Assembly: GCA_001464615.1 (NCBI GenBank)
Contig: LNFI01000010.1
Location: 38,867-102,866 of the forward strand
DNA: 64,000 bases
DNA from: Sphingomonadales bacterium Ga0077557
GTDB lineage: Bacteria; Pseudomonadota; Alphaproteobacteria; Sphingomonadales; Sphingomonadaceae
Direction of reading: 5' to 3'
The stretch's first letter is position 1. Every line of letters begins with the position of its first letter. Below are positions 62,407 to 64,000 of the stretch, in pieces. The notes under the pieces were generated by a model, which searched no databases, was not told the origin of the DNA, and saw nothing but the letters and a program-made list of their open reading frames with translations. Position numbers and translations under genes: made by a program.

Positions 62407-62873
62407 AACGTGTTTCGTAGCCTGGCGTAGAGGCTTAGTTATCGATGTGCGGGAGGACGTTTCCTCCCTGGTCGAAGCCGCTGCGCTGCTTCTTCACACC
62501 CACCTCAGCGGGGACACCCCGCAACGCCCCGAAACGAAGAGCGGGGCTGCTGACGCGCTCAGTCCCGCAGGGCTACCTGCCCTGCTCCTGAGGGCGCGGT
62601 GTTTGACGCATGGGGCCCCGCACGCACTCTGACCCGGCGGACATGGTCCGAAGCGCAGGCTGGGAAAGCCGACAGACCCCGCCTTTCCGCCTGCGCGAGC
62701 GTTGGCGGGATACTCCGCCTCTTTCAGGGTGCAGTTTCTTGCTTTGGCGATCTCGCTGGCCGCTCGCGCGGTTGCAAGCGTTGGGGAGGGAGAGTGAGAG
62801 TTTGGCGGGGCTTCGCCGTGACGGAATGAGGGTCGAGAGAGAGGCTCCCGGCCAACCGTCATGGAGATTTCCC

Positions 62874-63265
62874 ATGGATATGCAGGTTCTCGATACGCGC
62901 CGCGACCCGAGCGGCGGCTACAAGGTGGATGTCTCGCGCGGTTCGCGCATGGGGCGGGTATCGTCGGAATGGTTCTCCCGCCCTGACGATGAGCGGTTTT
63001 TGTCCTTGGGCGATCTTGCACGATCAGTGCGCGGTCGGTCCGACCGGAGCCGGACGCGCGTGGTCGAGACGGCGCTGATCCATGTCGAAGCAAACCGCAA
63101 CGATCCGGAACGCCCGGCTCTCATGTTGCCGGGTGCCGAGGCACCGGTGACGCCAACCCACTGGAGCTTTGGGCAACTGGCCAGCCATGTGGGCGCTCCT
63201 GCTGCCTATCTGCGCCAGCTTGCTTCAATATGGGCTGACCTCGAACCGGGCCGAACAGATCAAAG
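62874..63265 (+). pseudogene. DUF932-family protein remnant (ICE/plasmid leading-region gene)
   Basis: YKVDVSRG...VSSEWFSRPDDERFLSL...PTHWSFGQLAS..GAPAAYLRQL, then LQYGLTSNRAEQIK in another frame, then foreign sequence. Confidence 0.75.
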
Positions 63266-63306
63266 AATGTTGAGGACAATGATTGTATTTCGTTTTGCTC
63301 GGAAGC

Positions 63307-63999
63307 TCAATCTCGTCGTAGCTTTCTGCGACCGTCCCGAAGTATGACGATACCATCAAGTCCAGGATTTTCTGCTGCCAGCTTTTCCCTCATGATCGCG
63401 CGATGATCGAAAATTCGTTCACCCTCGTCAAAGTCGCCCATCAATTCCATGACTTGGTTGTAATATGCTGGACGGTCCTGTCGAGGTCGCCAGATGTCAT
63501 CTCGCAGAGATTTTGCTTCACGATCCATACTCCTGGAGATCGCTTCTGGGGACCCTCGCGTTGGCAGAATCCCATCCCCTTGTGTGCACAATAGGCAATG
63601 CAATGGCTTTGATACTTGTTTGATCGTTTCAAATTTCTGATCTGGAAGCAAGTCTCTTATCTGCTCGGCGCATGCAATAGAAATGCCCCAAGGCTCAGAC
63701 TGAGAGTATCCAGGCAACAACGAGCCACAAATCTGGGGCAATCGACCTTCATCTGTCACATGATTGTAAAAGGCATAAGTCGTTGCAACACCACGGCGAG
63801 AACCTGTTTCCAGCAACCGATCAATCTGGCGGATACCTGTGTTCCCAATGGTTCGGCCAATGTGGTTGTACGTTTCCTCCCGATCATCCAAAACTTTAGC
63901 TTGAACAAGCATAGCCAAAAAATACAGTTCATCCTCGCTGGCGAAACACCATTCCCAGTCCGCACCAATCTTGCCTTCTTGATGCTTGTTGAAAGGCAC
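63307..63999 (-). CDS. PD-(D/E)XK-type nuclease-like protein (DUF6615-like), probably 5' truncated by window
   Basis: EGKIGADWEW...LVQAK motif (E...D...QAK); low GC. Confidence 0.6.
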   Translation of the reverse strand: MPFNKHQEGKIGADWEWCFASEDELYFLAMLVQAKVLDDREETYNHIGRTIGNTGIRQIDRLLETGSRRGVATTYAFYNHVTDEGRLPQICGSLLPGYSQSEPWGISIACAEQIRDLLPDQKFETIKQVSKPLHCLLCTQGDGILPTRGSPEAISRSMDREAKSLRDDIWRPRQDRPAYYNQVMELMGDFDEGERIFDHRAIMREKLAAENPGLDGIVILRDGRRKLRRD

Positions 64000-64000
64000 A

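Overview
GC-rich alphaproteobacterial chromosome, most likely Sphingomonas or another Sphingomonadales member (inferred from gene content and synteny). Nt 1-11375 is the right arm of a siphoviral, probably Mu-like (transposable) prophage. It has a tail tube, tail chaperones joined by a -1 slippery site, a tape measure protein, tail tip and fibre genes and a terminal Dam-type methylase, and its end interrupts a host VOC-family gene. The rest is mostly core genome: radical SAM repair gene, acyl-CoA ligase, dnaE, gpx, lolD/lolCE, ibpA, pyrG, secG, argC, zwf-pgl-edd-glk-eda, mltG-fabF-acpP-fabG-fabD, rpsF-rpsR-rplI, mutL, mreBCD-mrdA-rodA and tRNA-Lys. Accessory elements are interspersed: (i) an LH2 antenna locus (pucBA convergent with pucC, tandem PpsR boxes), implying an anoxygenic phototroph; (ii) a TonB-dependent receptor with one in-frame stop; (iii) a cassette region behind mltG holding a diverged second copy of the mltG 3' end; (iv) a GxxExxY nuclease gene bracketed by 29-bp inverted repeats inside the fab operon; (v) a 3.2-kb IS1595-family element with an 8-bp target duplication carrying a Schlafen/AlbA-ATPase gene; (vi) the start of a decayed island at tRNA-Lys. 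No CRISPR array or rRNA was seen. All family assignments come from motif recognition by eye, not database searches.
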